64,000 bases of DNA from Tubulanus polymorphus (lineage: Eukaryota; Animalia; Nemertea), in assembly GCF_964204645.1 (NCBI RefSeq), contig NC_134028.1, positions 2,418,001 through 2,482,000 of the forward strand, read 5' to 3'. The notes beneath the pieces are model-generated. The model was not told where the DNA came from. It searched no databases and worked only from the letters and a program-made list of their open reading frames with translations. Positions within the stretch are counted from its first letter, which is position 1. The number at the start of each line of letters is the position of its first letter. Position numbers and translations under genes: made by a program. Below are positions 1 to 14,200 of the stretch, piece by piece.

Positions 1-3000
1 TTGTATGTTCTTAAACATAAATGTTTATACCCATGATGTGAGTTCATTTGGCTCCCACTGTAAAATTTTAATCAACATTCTAAAACCTGCTCGGAATGAG
101 CGCTCAGTTCCCAATTCCTTTTAACATCCATTTCATTGCGTTACATTTTTAATATCAAAAAATCTTCTTTCTCTATTGGCTGCGTGGGAGAAATTTACTA
201 TTCAAGGTTGTGGCTTTTTGTCTCATTTTCAGTAATTTTATCGCTAAATCCGAGAGATCGTGACTTCCATTGCGCCAAAAATAGAGAGCTTTTAATGTTA
301 GGAGTATTAAAATGTTATTTCTGTAGTGTAGCGGGTATTTCTGGTAGCGTTGTCAGCGTACATGCGTGTTAACTCGGTGTTTCTTATACGCAGAGAAAAG
401 TTAATACACATCGCTGACGTAATGCTCACCATCTTACTGGTCGCCCACTCAATTCTCTTTCGTTGCTCATCAATTTGTTTCGACCTCGAGGACGTCCGTT
501 CTTTCAGTCGTCAGACTCTTTCTCTCCTTCCCTTCCTCTCCTTCCCCTCTGCACCTCCCATCCTCTCTCCCCTCTTTCTACCCCTCCCTCCCTCCTCCCT
601 CATCTACATATATTTGTACTGGCCAATTCTGACTTGACACCGTTGTTGTTATGTTCGTGTACTAGGCCTACCATATGACAAGTCAACCGTCAATAGTGTC
701 CCCGCCACGAAACTTAACAGTCTTAATGTTGTGATAATGATAGCGCTAAATGTATCATTAAGCTCTCTAATGCAGGTAGTTGTTGTCGTGTTCCTGAGGT
801 TCTTTTCACCATTTGCATCTGATTAGTAGCGTTCACGTGTGTATTTAGCAACACTGGTTACAAGCAGATTACCGACTGTCTCTTAGTCTGTTACCAGTAG
901 CGAAATGATTATTACCAATTACGCTTGCTAGTGCGCGTACGTTGACAACAGTAACACCACCATCAGCATCCGTCGCATCAGCAAACTGTCTCATATCAGC
1001 CTCCGCAACAACCGATCTGTGCGTATCTGTTCAGATCTTCTGGACAGTTGTGATTGTTATCTATAGGATTTCCTGTCCGGCCTCGGTGATTCCGCTATTA
1101 TGCAGCTACGTGATATCAGATAATAGATGCTGATATTTTAGTACGGGGCCATCGGTCATTGGCGAATAAGCAGCCGGATTGTGGGAATTGGTGACCAGTC
1201 ATTACGAATATAGTGAACTGTAGCATTTATCCGTTTGGCCAGTCCTAAATTTCTCTAGGGTGACCCGGGTTGACTGAGGCGTACTAAATGGGATGATCGA
1301 AAACCTACCCAAGCGTTCTGGTGTCGCATATGGAAAGGTTACGACACTCAATTTTCAATATTTAGCCCTTGGGAATTTGATCGTTGTGTTCACGTTTCTT
1401 CCCTGAGATGTGAGATTCTCAACGCTGTATTGTATTTCAGGTGCTATATGTTTTTTTCGACCGGAGATCGTTCTTTAATCTTTTTGAAGCCCGATAACAA
1501 CGTCGCGCTACTCTGCGCTATGTGCTGATGAAATATTTGAAACATTTGAAATATTCTATAGATCTTCAACATTAGGGCATTGCTGTTCGTTTGTGCGCGC
1601 AATGTTCTGTAGCCATAGACACAGATTTGAATTATTCTTCGTGCCTTTGACAAAAAGATGCGCTGAAATGATCAAATTGAAATTCATCTTTCGGGATCCA
1701 TGCAGAATATTGCACTTTCATTGATTGCTGTTTCTAATGGCTTCTTGTCAAATGAAGTCACTCTTAATTAGGTGTTTGATTAAATCAATTTATCATCAGT
1801 TTTGCTCGGCATTACTGTCTACATCAATTCTCATCAAATTTATGTAATGTTCTCATTCATTTCGGATTCTATCTTTCGAACCGTTTGACTCTTTGAAGTC
1901 AGACTCCGATTTAAGTGTATAGACATACAAACACAGTAGTCGTAGATTCACCGGGGACTCAATCTCAAGTCAGAGATACAAGAATTGATTCTACATCGAT
2001 CTAAAGTTGACGTGTCCATTTATAATTTGTCGTGATGTATTATCTGCGTACTGCGAATGGAGCGTCCTTTCTGTCGACCCGTTCTTGCTCTGGAAGGCGA
2101 CGAAATGAGAAATTTCAGCTGAAATTCTCGCAAGTCCCAGCGATTCCTACCAATCACAACGCATTCCTGCCGATCCAGGATTAATGTAACTTGAAAACAA
2201 AGAGTTGCTATGGAAACCTTTGAAATCCTGACACGGGGGATAATGACTGGCGTAACTGGAAATCGTAGGTTCCCCTGACAGAGATTCCTGTTTCACGTGT
2301 CTACTGATTCTAATTGTAAATTTTATTCGAAATTGTTACTTAAACTTGTAGATGTTTATACTCGGTTCACTCGGCTTAGTTTAAGCATTATTTTGTTTTG
2401 GTCGGGTGGTATACATGTAATGGATCAGGCCCCGAGTCAAATTTGGCTGCGTGTGATTGTGGCTATGATATAACCCCGCGCTAAAATTTGGCTCTTACCT
2501 GGTCCAAAAGTTTTGGTCGGGCCAAAAATGCTCGCGTGATCGCGGCTATTATGCCCGCTAAATGAACCTCTCAATTCGAAGTAGTTGACATTAGCGTCTC
2601 TGGTCCGAAATGTCGTATCGAATGATTCGATGTATCACCTTTCAGTTCGGTTAACTGTACGGTTACACAACGATATCATTCACGCACGACACCAGATACA
2701 AGTGCTTATGTATTCTACGAGTACTATTTCTGATACCATCGTCGTCGTCGTCGTCGGTCGGGGACGGATAAAAAATTGCGACGGTCTGATTGATAAATAG
2801 ATCAGCGATGAACTACGTCGTAATTCTATCCCAAAGGAATCGCGGGACGACATCAAAACATCTCTTAGACTGCAGTGAGAGTGAGAAATGCCTCCAGTCA
2901 GTAGCGTGTGGTCGTATATTGCCTGTTCATCTTCAAATGTTCATCCGCCAAATTCAAAGAAATCAAAACACTTTTACGAACCGTGATGTACAAATTAACA

Positions 3001-3924
3001 TCGAGAAAAACGATCGTAAGAGCAAAAGAAAAATAGTTACGAGCATTCATTCACGAATTCGGCTAATTTAAACGAGAGTTGAAGAAATAGAGTTTTCAAT
3101 TGATTCTAATTCACATAGGTTTTTTATAAGTAAAGGTTTTTTTGATGAAAATATTTTCGGCAATGAAATGATAGAGTTCATCCTCTCGTTTGCCTTCGAT
3201 CTTTAACATTGCTTTCTCAATTTATTACTTATCATGATAAGTAAATATAACAGTTAATGCTAATATAATGTTGTTAATGGTTGTGTATTTAGTTTATTCA
3301 TTATGTAAGTCGTTTTGTCTTGTATTGTGTTCAGAATTAATCCATACTGATTCACCGTGTGTTCGACCAAAGCATTCTTCAGTTGTCATTTCGAAAAAAG
3401 TGGTATAATCTTCTATGAGAGGGAGAGTGAGTTTGACAAATGAGTAAGATTAAGAGTGGGAGGAACAGAGATATGAAGCACACAGAGGTAGAGGGAGGTA
3501 AAGGGAGGTAAAGGGAGGGCAGGAAGTGGGAAAATGGAGAAAATTCTACCACAATATTCTAATGGTAAGTAAATAAATCCTTCATATTTCTCAGTACGTG
3601 ACTGTTTCCAGTTTGTCGCGCACGAATCCAGATTTTTCACTCTTTTGTTGTCAGGTTTCCTTTCTCTCTCTCTCTTGCTCCATGTGTTTTCTAGTAAAAC
3701 TAACCGCGCTGTGAAATGACGCCTTTTAAGTCATTGTCAGTCGACGCGCCGCTGGGTACAATTTTCACCGCACGCACGGAATCTACGGGCGACGTTGCCT
3801 GCAGCAACAAGTTGATTAATTAACGCTGTGGTAATTAAAGGCGGTTGTTCTGATAGAATCGTAGTGTGGTACGACTCATGAAACAGACTCTCGATATTGT
3901 TGTTGTTTTATCATCGATCGACAC

Positions 3925-4347
3925 TGTGATCACGCGGAGATGATCCGGCCCTGGTCAAACTGGTCCGGATCGGACCTCGAGTTAAATTCCGTAAACATTC
4001 GCGTATAAAATCATTCGCTCGATACTAAAGAATTCCTGATCCAGTTAGTATTCGCATGCAATGATTTGGCTCTGGCCTAGTCCGATGTTTTTAGTCCAGC
4101 CTAGTGGCCCGAAACAGCTGTTCACGTGGGTGGCAAATGCCTATTTGGCCCGACCAAAAAACACCGGACCAGGCCTGAGCCAAAGTCTAGCTCGGGTCAA
4201 GTAATTGCGTGTAAATTGCAACTGGTTCCGCAAGTGACTCATTTCGCTTTGTTTAAGTATCGAGTGAGTGGTTTGTGTGGTAACGCACTCTCTTATTAGG
4301 CTTGGGCCAATTTTTCCCGGACCAAATCGTCTCCGTGTGATCGGGCT
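3925..4347. mobile_element. Non-autonomous DNA transposon (MITE-like), family dispersed in the window
   Basis: Imperfect terminal inverted repeats TGATCACGCGGAGATGAT ... ATCGTCTCCGTGTGATC. The internal segment 4216-4300 recurs inverted at ~34740-34835; related fragments at ~2400-2550 and ~6075-6150. Confidence 0.65.
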
Positions 4348-4750
4348 TCTATCATATCCAGTTGATTTTAAGTTAGTTTATATTCATCCATCAATTGAGT
4401 TTGGGTAAAAAGGCTGTTTGCGTATTTCCCGTAATCGTTCAATGTCATGAAACGTCGTTCATCACCAGACCGCAATCTTCACACATCACAGATTATCATA
4501 CTCGTACCAACGACTACTTCGCGATTGTTTTTCACCAGAAGCTGTTGCTGTTGCCGGATATACGACTTGATCTTTGTGTAATAAAACTCTCGCTGCTGAT
4601 ATAGAATATTTCCAAGTAATGTTTGTGAAAAAAAGTCATTGAGTGTATGAAAAAAACGAAATGCAAAGCACTTAGAGTGATTTCCTGTAACCTTGTAGTT
4701 GTCTTATTTCAATCCTCTTTATGCACTTCTTGCAATGGGATATCTACTTG

Positions 4751-5010
4751 AAGTGATAGATGCCTCATTCCTCGAGGTAACAGGTGCCTCATTCCTCGAG
4801 GTGACTGGTACCTCATTCCTCGAGGTAACAGGTGCCTCATTTCTCGAGGTGACTGGTACCTCATTCCTCGAGGTAACAGGTGCCTCATTTCTCGAGGTGA
4901 CTGGTACCTCATTCCTGGAGGTAACAGGTGCCTCATTTCTCGAGGTGACTGGTACCTCATTCCTCGAGGTGATAGCTACCTCATTCCTCGAGATAATAGG
5001 TGCCTCATTC
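4751..5010. repeat. 21-bp minisatellite with alternating variants (42-bp higher-order unit)
   Basis: About 12 copies of (G/A)CCTCATT(C/T)CTCGAGGT(AACA/GACT)GGT. Confidence 0.95.
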
Positions 5011-5149
5011 CTCTGTGCTAATGCCAAATGGGCGTAGAGCTGTAGTTTATACATCAATGATTATAGAGTTAACCGGTGGTTGTAGTGAGAGTGAAAGTCC
5101 ATTTTTATGCCATCATTTATCCAATAGTTATCTAAAACTAATTTTGACT

Positions 5150-5311
5150 CCCCTGAATGAGCGACTGGGCCCTGAATGAGCGACTGGGCCCTGAATGAGC
5201 GACTGGGCCCTGAATGAGCGGCTGGCCCCTGAATGAGCGACTGGGCCCTGAATGAGGGACTGGCCCCTGAATGAGCGACTGGGCCCTGAATGGGCGACTG
5301 GGTCCTGAATG
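5150..5311. repeat. 19-bp minisatellite
   Basis: About 8 copies of CCTGAATGAGCGACTGGGC. Confidence 0.95.
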
Positions 5312-5555
5312 AATCGTCTATTCATTATTAACATTAGTGGTTATTACGTAATGAAGTTAGTGACTTTACTCACAACATTTAGATCGACGTTTTGCATGAA
5401 ATTCTTCCATTTAATCAAATCTCGTGAAATTAATTCCCCTCATGATACAATTATAGCCGACTACGGTCGTTTGGAATCATTATTCCAACCGGTTCAATAA
5501 GGAAATGAGAAAAATACATGGATTGAATTCCATCATGGTTTAATCATTCATCTCG

Positions 5556-5673
5556 ACAGTATCGTCGCTGTTCAGACAGCCAGAGAAAGAGAGGAACAGC
5601 ACGTTACTGTCGTCACTGTTCAGACAGCCAGAGAGAGAGGAACAGCACGTTACTGTCGTCGTTGTTCAGACAG

Positions 5674-5732
<59 letters not shown>

Positions 5733-5840
5733 CAGCACGGTACTGTCATCGTTGTTCAGACAGCCAGAGAGAAAGGAACAGCACGTTACTGTCGTCGTTG
5801 TTCAGACAGCCAGAGAGAGAGAGAGGAACAGCATGTACTG
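5556..5840. repeat. ~47-bp tandem repeat with embedded variable (GA)n
   Basis: Five units of TACTGTCGTCGTTGTTCAGACAGCCA(GA)nGGAACAGCACGT; one unit has a long GA expansion (~5676-5729). Confidence 0.9.
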
Positions 5841-7112
5841 AGACTCTTTAGTTTCACCCAGGGCTTGGTTGCGAGCAGAGATAATACATATCCTATTGGC
5901 TCTAAGCCATGATCATGCAAGTGTTTTTGGCTAATGCCATATAAGGCCCGGGGCCAACCCTTTACACAGGCCAGATAAAAAATGTTGGAGACCAGCCCCA
6001 TGCCATATTTTAGCATGGTTCAAATTATTGCCTGAGAATACTTGCCACAGCATTGTCTCGCTCTTTGATCAGACATGGGTCAAATTTGACTGGGGTCTGA
6101 TCTGTCCGTACCGATGTGATCCAGGCGAAATCATCCCGTGATCGCTGCTATAAACTGTGTATAGAACACAAGTTTAGGAAGTAAAATGTGCTAATAACAA
6201 CATTTGTCATGTTGAGCATGAAATAATCTGATGGAATGTTGTTGTTTGATGACCATCATGTGTTCCGGTCTGACAGACGCCTATCCGACAGACAGATGTC
6301 TTTTTTGCGGACGGTCGGAGAATAACTTATAAGGTTTTATAAATGATGAAAACGTTTGCCATTCGTTACATATAAAAACAAGATCTCGTTCGTCTCGGGT
6401 CTAGATTTCTTGGCCGGAAATTGTCGCAGCACGATCACAAATACGACTGACTGGCTGAGCGATACTAATTGGTCGCGAGAAGTTCTTAACGTGTTATATT
6501 TCGGCGTGTTCTGACGTCGGTCGTCACTGCTGATGGCATCTCGTATTAAACGATTACTGTTTGAGATGTAATGAGAAGAGAATCGAAGTTTTGTCTTGTT
6601 TCACACTAGTCGTGATAACAGGCGGCGGCCTCTCTGAGAATAGATTAATGAATGCGTGGGTGTCTTTTTCCTGATAAGATTATCATCATCTTACAGCTGT
6701 TGACATGTGGGCGGCGTCTCGGTCACGTGATGATAGAATACGTTAAGACGCTAACCCTAGGGTTAAGACTCATTAAATATTATTACCCCCAGCCTATGAC
6801 TCAAACCATTTCTCAGTCACTTGGGGAGACCTACCGATCAGGCGCGATTACTGGTTGTAACGATTCAAAAAACAAAAAAAAATTTTTTTTTATTAATAAA
6901 ATTTGACTGATTCGTCTACGTGATCGGTGGCTGCAACAAACGATTGAGACCCGGAGAAAAAAAGAGAGAAAAATTGATTTTTAATTTCGCATTTTGTCGA
7001 ATTATTTGATCGACGTGGAACGCGATGAATCAGTGAATACAATGAGAGCTCGATAAACAAATTACTACAGGATTTATCAGCTACACAGATCTGTCTTCAA
7101 TCGCCATTATTG

Positions 7113-7421
7113 AATAGTAGTAATAGTAATAGTAATCTAATTTCTATTGCGCCCTTTTTCCTGTGCTACATTGTTCAACAGAACTTTCCATCAAATTAGT
7201 ATTACTACCCCCAGCCTATGACTCGAACTATTTCTCAGACATCTCTCCCTGGGGATAAATAACATCCGAGCAGCTGCCGGGCGCTCAGGAGTCATCTATC
7301 AGGTACCCATTTAACTTTGGGTGATAAAAGGCCCGGGGACTCTACGGTCATGAACAGGGTTCAAACCCAGGACCTGGCTTCCCAGAATCGAACATTCTAA
7401 CCACTCGTCGTCCACGCTGCT
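7113..7421 (-). mobile_element. tRNA-derived SINE
   Basis: The minus strand starts with A-box-like TGG...AGTGG and B-box-like GGTTTGAACCC, then CACCCA...TAAATGGGTACCTG, and ends in an (ATTACT)n tail. Body segment 7200-7240 is duplicated at ~6779-6817. Confidence 0.65.
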
Positions 7422-8283
7422 GGCTCAATTCTTTCTCGTATTAATTCCCATGCAGCCAGCATGCTCGGTATTTGAGGAAAAACAATGATGTCTCGCGGTC
7501 ATCTATAAAGTCTTGAAGCTGAGAAGAACCCTGATAATATTATCTGTTGTCTTAAAATCTTGGTCCTTGGTTTAATGCGTGATGTGGAAGCTTCGGGCAA
7601 CGGTTTCAATCAATCATAGGATATTAGAAATTGATGTCAATGAACATCTGCAAGGCGAATGTATAAACTATTACAAAAGATATTAGAGTTTCAGGGAAAT
7701 TGATGGCAAATTCACCACGAAATGTTTGACATCAATGGTATCAATATTATTCATGATGTTCAATGAGTCAAAAATAAATCTTTTTTTATCTTTCTCGTAG
7801 AGAAATTAAAATCATTTGCTCGCCAGGTGCAGATCCTATCAGTATGCATAAACAAAATAATGTCAAAACATTCTTGATTAGGTATGAGCATGGAACAAGA
7901 TCTGGTTTATACGTCCATGATACGAGCGAATATTGATTCCCTTCCATTTATTTTATTAAAAGTTCTTACACAGTGCCGTTGTTCATCCACCCAGCAATCC
8001 TCTTATCATATTGAATTAGCTATAATTGGACAAATCCGCAATGATATATCAGAAAAAATAATTTAATGGTCCTATATGGGAATTTCTCCCTTTTTGGTTT
8101 CTCTATAAACTATATAGATACCCTCTTACAACTCCAGTATCCCTTGTTGATGGTGATATATATGCTCAAGATAAATAAATTTGGACGTCTCTGAAATGGA
8201 TGAATATATGAATAACTCATTCAAATCTGAATACAAAGTGAATTCGATAGATAATGATTTCCCTTTTATTTTTGTCGTTGCAG

Positions 8284-11200
8284 GTACATTTTTCAGCACG
8301 TATCCTCGCCACAACAAGTTGATAAGTATTAATAAACGTCACACTGGAAAAACTAACAAAGAATTCAATTTGAGACATGACTGGAACTCGCTGTTGAGCG
8401 ACGACGAATCTTTGCTGTTTCGTCATTACTCGAAAGAGTTCTTTCCCGACAAGTCTGTGATGATTCAGTATTTAAAAGACTATCAACAAAAATTGGGCAT
8501 CAAAGTCCAGCATAATACGGATGTGAGCAATATCGCGATGCTGCCGGCACCGAGTCCGAATGCTCCTAGTTTGCTGTCATTCAACGACCAACACGGCAAC
8601 AACTACTCATGCAAGTAAGTATTGCTAGAAATGTTTATTTTGAGAATGGCTTTTTAACCCTTTCAGTGCTGACTAATTAATACCCTATAGTGCTGAAGAT
8701 AATTTGAAAATTTTCAAAAATTCCACCCTAGTGTGTTGAACTACGGGAATACCACTATAGTGCGTCTACACCGCGGTGCGGTGTATCGTTAGTTACTAGT
8801 ATTTCACTGTTTGACAAGTGCTGCCATTTTTCAATAGAGATAATTACTAATTACTGATTACATCAATATACCGCAGTGCGGTGTACTAGCAAAATCCATC
8901 ACTGATTTATACACTGCACTGCGGTGTAGATGCACTGAAAGGGTTAATGCATCGCATTTTTAACAGCGCGGCCACTGCAAAGAACTCCAGATTTGCATTT
9001 GGGAAAATTGAAAAATTACCCATGAAATACTTGGGAAAAACTAAGGAACTTTGAATTCATTTAACTATGGGAACCATGCTAAGAGTCTTCACGTAGATTG
9101 ATATTTGAACCTGAAGTTAGATAAATGCCCTTCCTCTCCGAGACCTTCCCAGAGACACACGAACGAAATTAATTGTTCATGAAAGCACTTTTGATTAATT
9201 ATTCTACCGGACTAGGTCTAGACATCAAGGCTGAAAGTTTCTCCACAACAACAACAAGCGATGTTCGGTCGGTGGAGATCATCACGTCTGGTGTGCGATT
9301 ATGGGATGAGATTGTCAGTTATAGCGTTCAATCCTGTGTAATGAGGCAGATTTTGCGGCGGCGGGCGACAATCCGACACGTCGGGTTTTGTCCGACGATA
9401 TCTCGAAACTAGGAGTGCAATCGGTGAATCGATCCGATCGCCCGCAGGAAGTTCATCGGCGTCGACGTTTCGGTAAAAATGACTGCCGCGCCGCAATTAT
9501 TTTTCTAGCAATTTGTTTAGATTTCATACAGTGTCTGTAAGCGATAATTTAAACGCGTGTCGGATGAGACAGCGATGAAGTAGACATGTTGACAGTGAGA
9601 TGGTTCGTTGTTCATCAGCTGTCGTCGATCTGTTCGTTTTCATGTTCGTTATTACGCAGACGAATGTCAACTCAACTCGTCGTCGTCGCCGTATGAATAT
9701 TTCATCTAAGATTTTACGCGGAGTTTTTTCGCCGCCAGACTTGAGCAGTTTAAGTTTTAGTTTTATGAATATTAATCAGCGTCTAGATCGGTTTATGTGT
9801 GAATTAGTTTGCATTTTGATGATGATTCAAAACGCGCACGGAGAGCATGTGCGATAGACAAGTTCATGCAGCTGCCACCAGGGGACTTTGCAAGCACCAT
9901 ATCTTCGGTATCCTCAAAGCCATTTTGACTAGAGTTGGTACATCAGTACTTTTTACGTGGTAGACCTGATTGAATTATATATCCAGCATATTGTTGACCA
10001 TATGTTGTGCTGTTTTGAAATAGTCATGTTATGGACTGATTAAAATTATTTCCATGAAATCTTTGTACGCTACCCTGTGCGATATTTGAACCAGTTAAGC
10101 AGAAACCCGTTGTCGCTGCTTTGCAGCTATATTTCTCTTCATTTTCGCGTTCATCATTTGTGCTCAGATTACATAATGATGCTGGACTAATTCTCCTCAT
10201 TTTCATCTTAGTCATTTATGCTCACATTACATAATGATCGCTGGAATGCCTTAGAGATTTGGGGTTGCGCTGCAACAAGACTGATTTTCTAAATAGCGCC
10301 AGGGGAGGTTGGTATATGATATCATTTTCTCAAGCTTTGATCGATATTTCCTGCAATTCTATTAGTGATACTTTACCTGAATTCATCACTAGTCACTCAT
10401 GGTGGCCACTTACCTGAAAAACACACTAGGAATCAGAAAAGTCAGGGAAAACTTTTTGCAAAAATAACCTGGAAACTCAGAGAATTCTCTATCAATATAT
10501 GATTTGTGAATATTGAATGAATTGTTCCATTATATAGCTAGCAATTTCTCCATTCACCTGCCACAGATTCACTCTCAGATCTTGACAAACAAAGGTTCAT
10601 TAACAAACTTAACTTTTTGAAAGTTATTTCCACGTAGATCTTCATCGCGGAATTGAGTTCATCAGGTTTGAAATAAACCCAGGGTTAGTCCCTGTACTCT
10701 TCTACAATAAAATGGGTAAAATCTATTTTCAACGAACATCTTTCAGTCGCACTCTGTCTCTCATTTATCTTCATTGCGGTATGAGTCGGAATATCTCGGT
10801 CGACGAGTTGTCGCCTTAACGCGTAAATTTTTATCCTACTTCATGTGAAGAGAGATTGAGTTGAGTTGATGCTTCACTTCTATCATCATCAGTAGTAGTA
10901 ATACATGTACTACACAAGTAGTGTGTCAACTACTTCTCTCTGGAACTACGAGGCTGACAGCACCTCATCCGGCTGACTGACTGACTGCCCGTCCATCCGA
11001 CTGACTGACTGCCCGTCCATCCGACTGACTGACTGATGACTGACTGATGACTGACTGATGACTGACTGATGACTGACTGATAACTGACTGATGACTGACT
11101 GACGACTGACTGACTACTGACTGACTACTGACTGATGACTAACTGACTGATAATTTACAGGAGAGGAATTGAAATCATCGATGGATTGTTATTTCACACA

Positions 11201-14200
11201 ACATTCCACGCCGAATGGATGAATGTCAATTACGCCGGTGAATGTCTAATCGTATTTACGAAGCCGTCACTGTTTTCTCTCTTTCATTTCACCTTCGCCA
11301 TAAAATCTTGCGAGTGTGTTTGTTCAACGTGCCTCATCGCTGGTAATACCCACACACGAGGAACCGGTGCCCTGCGATAAACCATCGCAGTAATCATCTC
11401 AATTTCTAAAACGAACCGCTGACCGCACACTTTTTCGCGATAAATCACTTTTCCCCTTTAAATTGCAAATGAGATTAGATGAGATGTATGTTGGTATTTT
11501 GCCCTTCTGATCATGTTCAAGGGCGGATCTGGTGGGGAATCGATGATATTAGTCCGTAAGAAAAGGCAACATCAGCAGATAAGTCATCAGGACACTCACT
11601 GAAACACATCATCAGAGAAAGGTAAATGAAAATATATCATAACACTGATAAAATTTTCATTTCTCTGATGATGAGATTTTAGTTAAAACCTTGAATTATC
11701 ACATCAGATCACATAGGTCAAACAGTCAGTCTTAACCTTGACGATATCCGGAATACAGTCAGGGTCTACTGTTCCTGGTGTCAAATACAGTCAGGATCTA
11801 CTGTTCCCGGTGTCTTCTGAACGAGTGTTATCTTCTATCCGGTGTCTTCAAATGACATTCATTTCACAAGTATACACCGGTGGTCTCTTTATACCAACGG
11901 ATGTTTCATCGAAGGTGACTTCACTTTTCATGATATGTTTGTAATTCGAACAAGTAGAAATCAGTGTTAATTGTTATCGCTGTGATTCTATACCACAGAC
12001 ACCGGTGATTTATCCATGATATGAGAATGTAACATGAACGTTGTCAGTAACAGGCTAATTTTTAAGCATTCTCACACTGCGCCAGTTATTTCGCTGACGT
12101 CTTTCATATCTTCAAGTCTCAGATTTATAACAAAGCGCTGTAAAAGTATTTTCAGTCGCTGGAGTGTGGTCACTGGAGTGTGGTCGCAGGAGCGCGGTCG
12201 CTGGAGCGCAGTCACTGGAGTGTGGTCACTGGAGTGTGGTCGCAGGAGCGCGATCGCTGGAGCGCAGTCGCTGGAGTGCAGTGGCTGGAGCGCAGTGGCT
12301 GGAGCGCAGTGGCTTGAGCGCAGTGGCTGGAGTGCAGTCGCTGGAGCGCAGTGGCTGGAGCGCGGTCACTCGAATGCAGTTGCTGGAGCCGTTGGGCTAT
12401 TGAAAATATCATTACCAGTTGTTTTGTTTTATCATAAAAAAGTTGACAATCACCGTGTGGCAATTCATTCTTCTGTGATCCTAAAACTGCTGTTGGTGAA
12501 ATTCATCTGTTATCGCTCTGATGACGTTCCCTGAAAAAAATTGAAATTTTGAATACAAAAAACTTTAATCAGAAAATCTTCGAGATGATTCGAGGTGATT
12601 CGAGGCGATCACTATTTTTCACATGAATGAATCGCTCACACAGGGATCAGTATTTTAGTCGGTGCCCGGATCTGTTGTTTTTAAAGTAAGACGTCTTGCC
12701 CGTATCTGAGATTTTATTGCTTTTCTGGCCAAATCTCGGAGTGCCTGGGAACCGGCCTCTAAATCCCGAGCTACCGACATCTTCAGCAAATTGCTAATAC
12801 ATAATCTCTACGGTTCTGCCAAGTCCAACTGACAAAGCTTAGATTAATAGCTAGTCGGCGTATTTGATTTTTTCTCGTTACATACTTGTTATCGTCTTTT
12901 TCGAGAAACAGGTGCACGAGATCTCAGTATACGTAGCATCTGAAGTTAAATCAATGAAACACAGTAGATCGATTAATTCGTTCGATGTTAATAAGCAATT
13001 ACGAATTAATCACGACGTTTAATTGCTCGACATTAGCTAGCTAGTAGAGATGTGGTGATATTTAGCTCGTGTTTGTGGTAGAATCTCTGTTATAGCCGAT
13101 ATCGATACTAATTGGCATCATAATTCGTTGATGGCAGACGCCAAAGGACAGCTCCGTCGTGGACTGATCACGGAAAATTACCGTCATCAATCCGACTTGA
13201 ACGCAATCACGAATCTATTGACATGCTTGATGACCTTACAAGCTACTTATGATAACCCTTTGAAGAACGGCTTGGGATATTCAGTTGATTCATCTTCAGG
13301 CTCTCGAGACTGACTCGTCCTCCCGAATGTTTATCGCATTGCTGTGATTATTGTGATTCTCTATGTAAATTATTTATGTTGTCATTCGTGTATTGATTCT
13401 AATTACAGGACGATAGTTGTCGCCACCGGCTTGTCAAAACCAAACATTCCAAAATTCCAAGGAGTTGAATATACGGTTGGTTACGAAGATGTGTCGATCA
13501 ATCCAGATGAATTCGAAGGAAAATCCGTACTGATATTAGGTAAGTCTTTTCGAAGATCCTGTCCAATCGGAATCTTTTCAAGACATCGAATGTGTCGAAT
13601 TGAAAAGAAATAATGTGCTGTTACCAAAGTATTCATAGCGGTCCTCAAAAGTCCTGAAATGGGTAGTGGTCAATAAGGCATTGATTATCATGGAATGATC
13701 TTGATGGCCTTCAATGGTGTATGATGCATTACCATGTGAATACAATTAGACAATCCGACAATCCTCTGACAGTCAGAAGAGACAATCCTCTGGCAGTCAG
13801 TGGAGACAATCCTCTGATAGTAGAGTTGGTAAAACTTTTACAACAATTATGGGCATAAAGTATACTTTTTCAGTGTGAATTTGTTCGTAGTGTGTGATCA
13901 TTACTGATTGAATGGGTCAGGCGAGAGTTACTTTTATTTCCCTGAGCTAAAACTGTTAATGGGCAGGGAATATGCCGGCGGTCTGAGAGCCTGATTGAAT
14001 TAGTGTTATCCTCATTTTTTCTACGGAGGTTACTGAGGAAGTGAAGTGATGATAATGACAGCGTTCTTCCTGCCTCGAAATGAATATCTGAAATCAGAAA
14101 TGCTGTCCATCAGTAATTCCAATCCGTTTCTATATTCATTGATACAAACATGAACGATCTGATTTTACCGTGTACACTATAGCGCGGATGATTAACCGCT

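Noticed and set aside
350-678. Pro/Leu/Ser-rich ORFs
   Set aside because: Arise from a CT-rich low-complexity tract.
4699-5334. Repetitive ORFs on both strands (e.g. SFLEVTG repeats) and possible CRISPR-like look
   Set aside because: Products of 21-bp and 19-bp minisatellites; no unique spacers, and the DNA is eukaryotic.
1-8283. Search for the first FOXRED2 coding exon
   Set aside because: No signal peptide plus GAGPxG exon was found; it is presumed upstream of the window.
12034-12534. 166-aa ORF with WSAVAGA repeats
   Set aside because: Translation of a 15-bp minisatellite in an intron.
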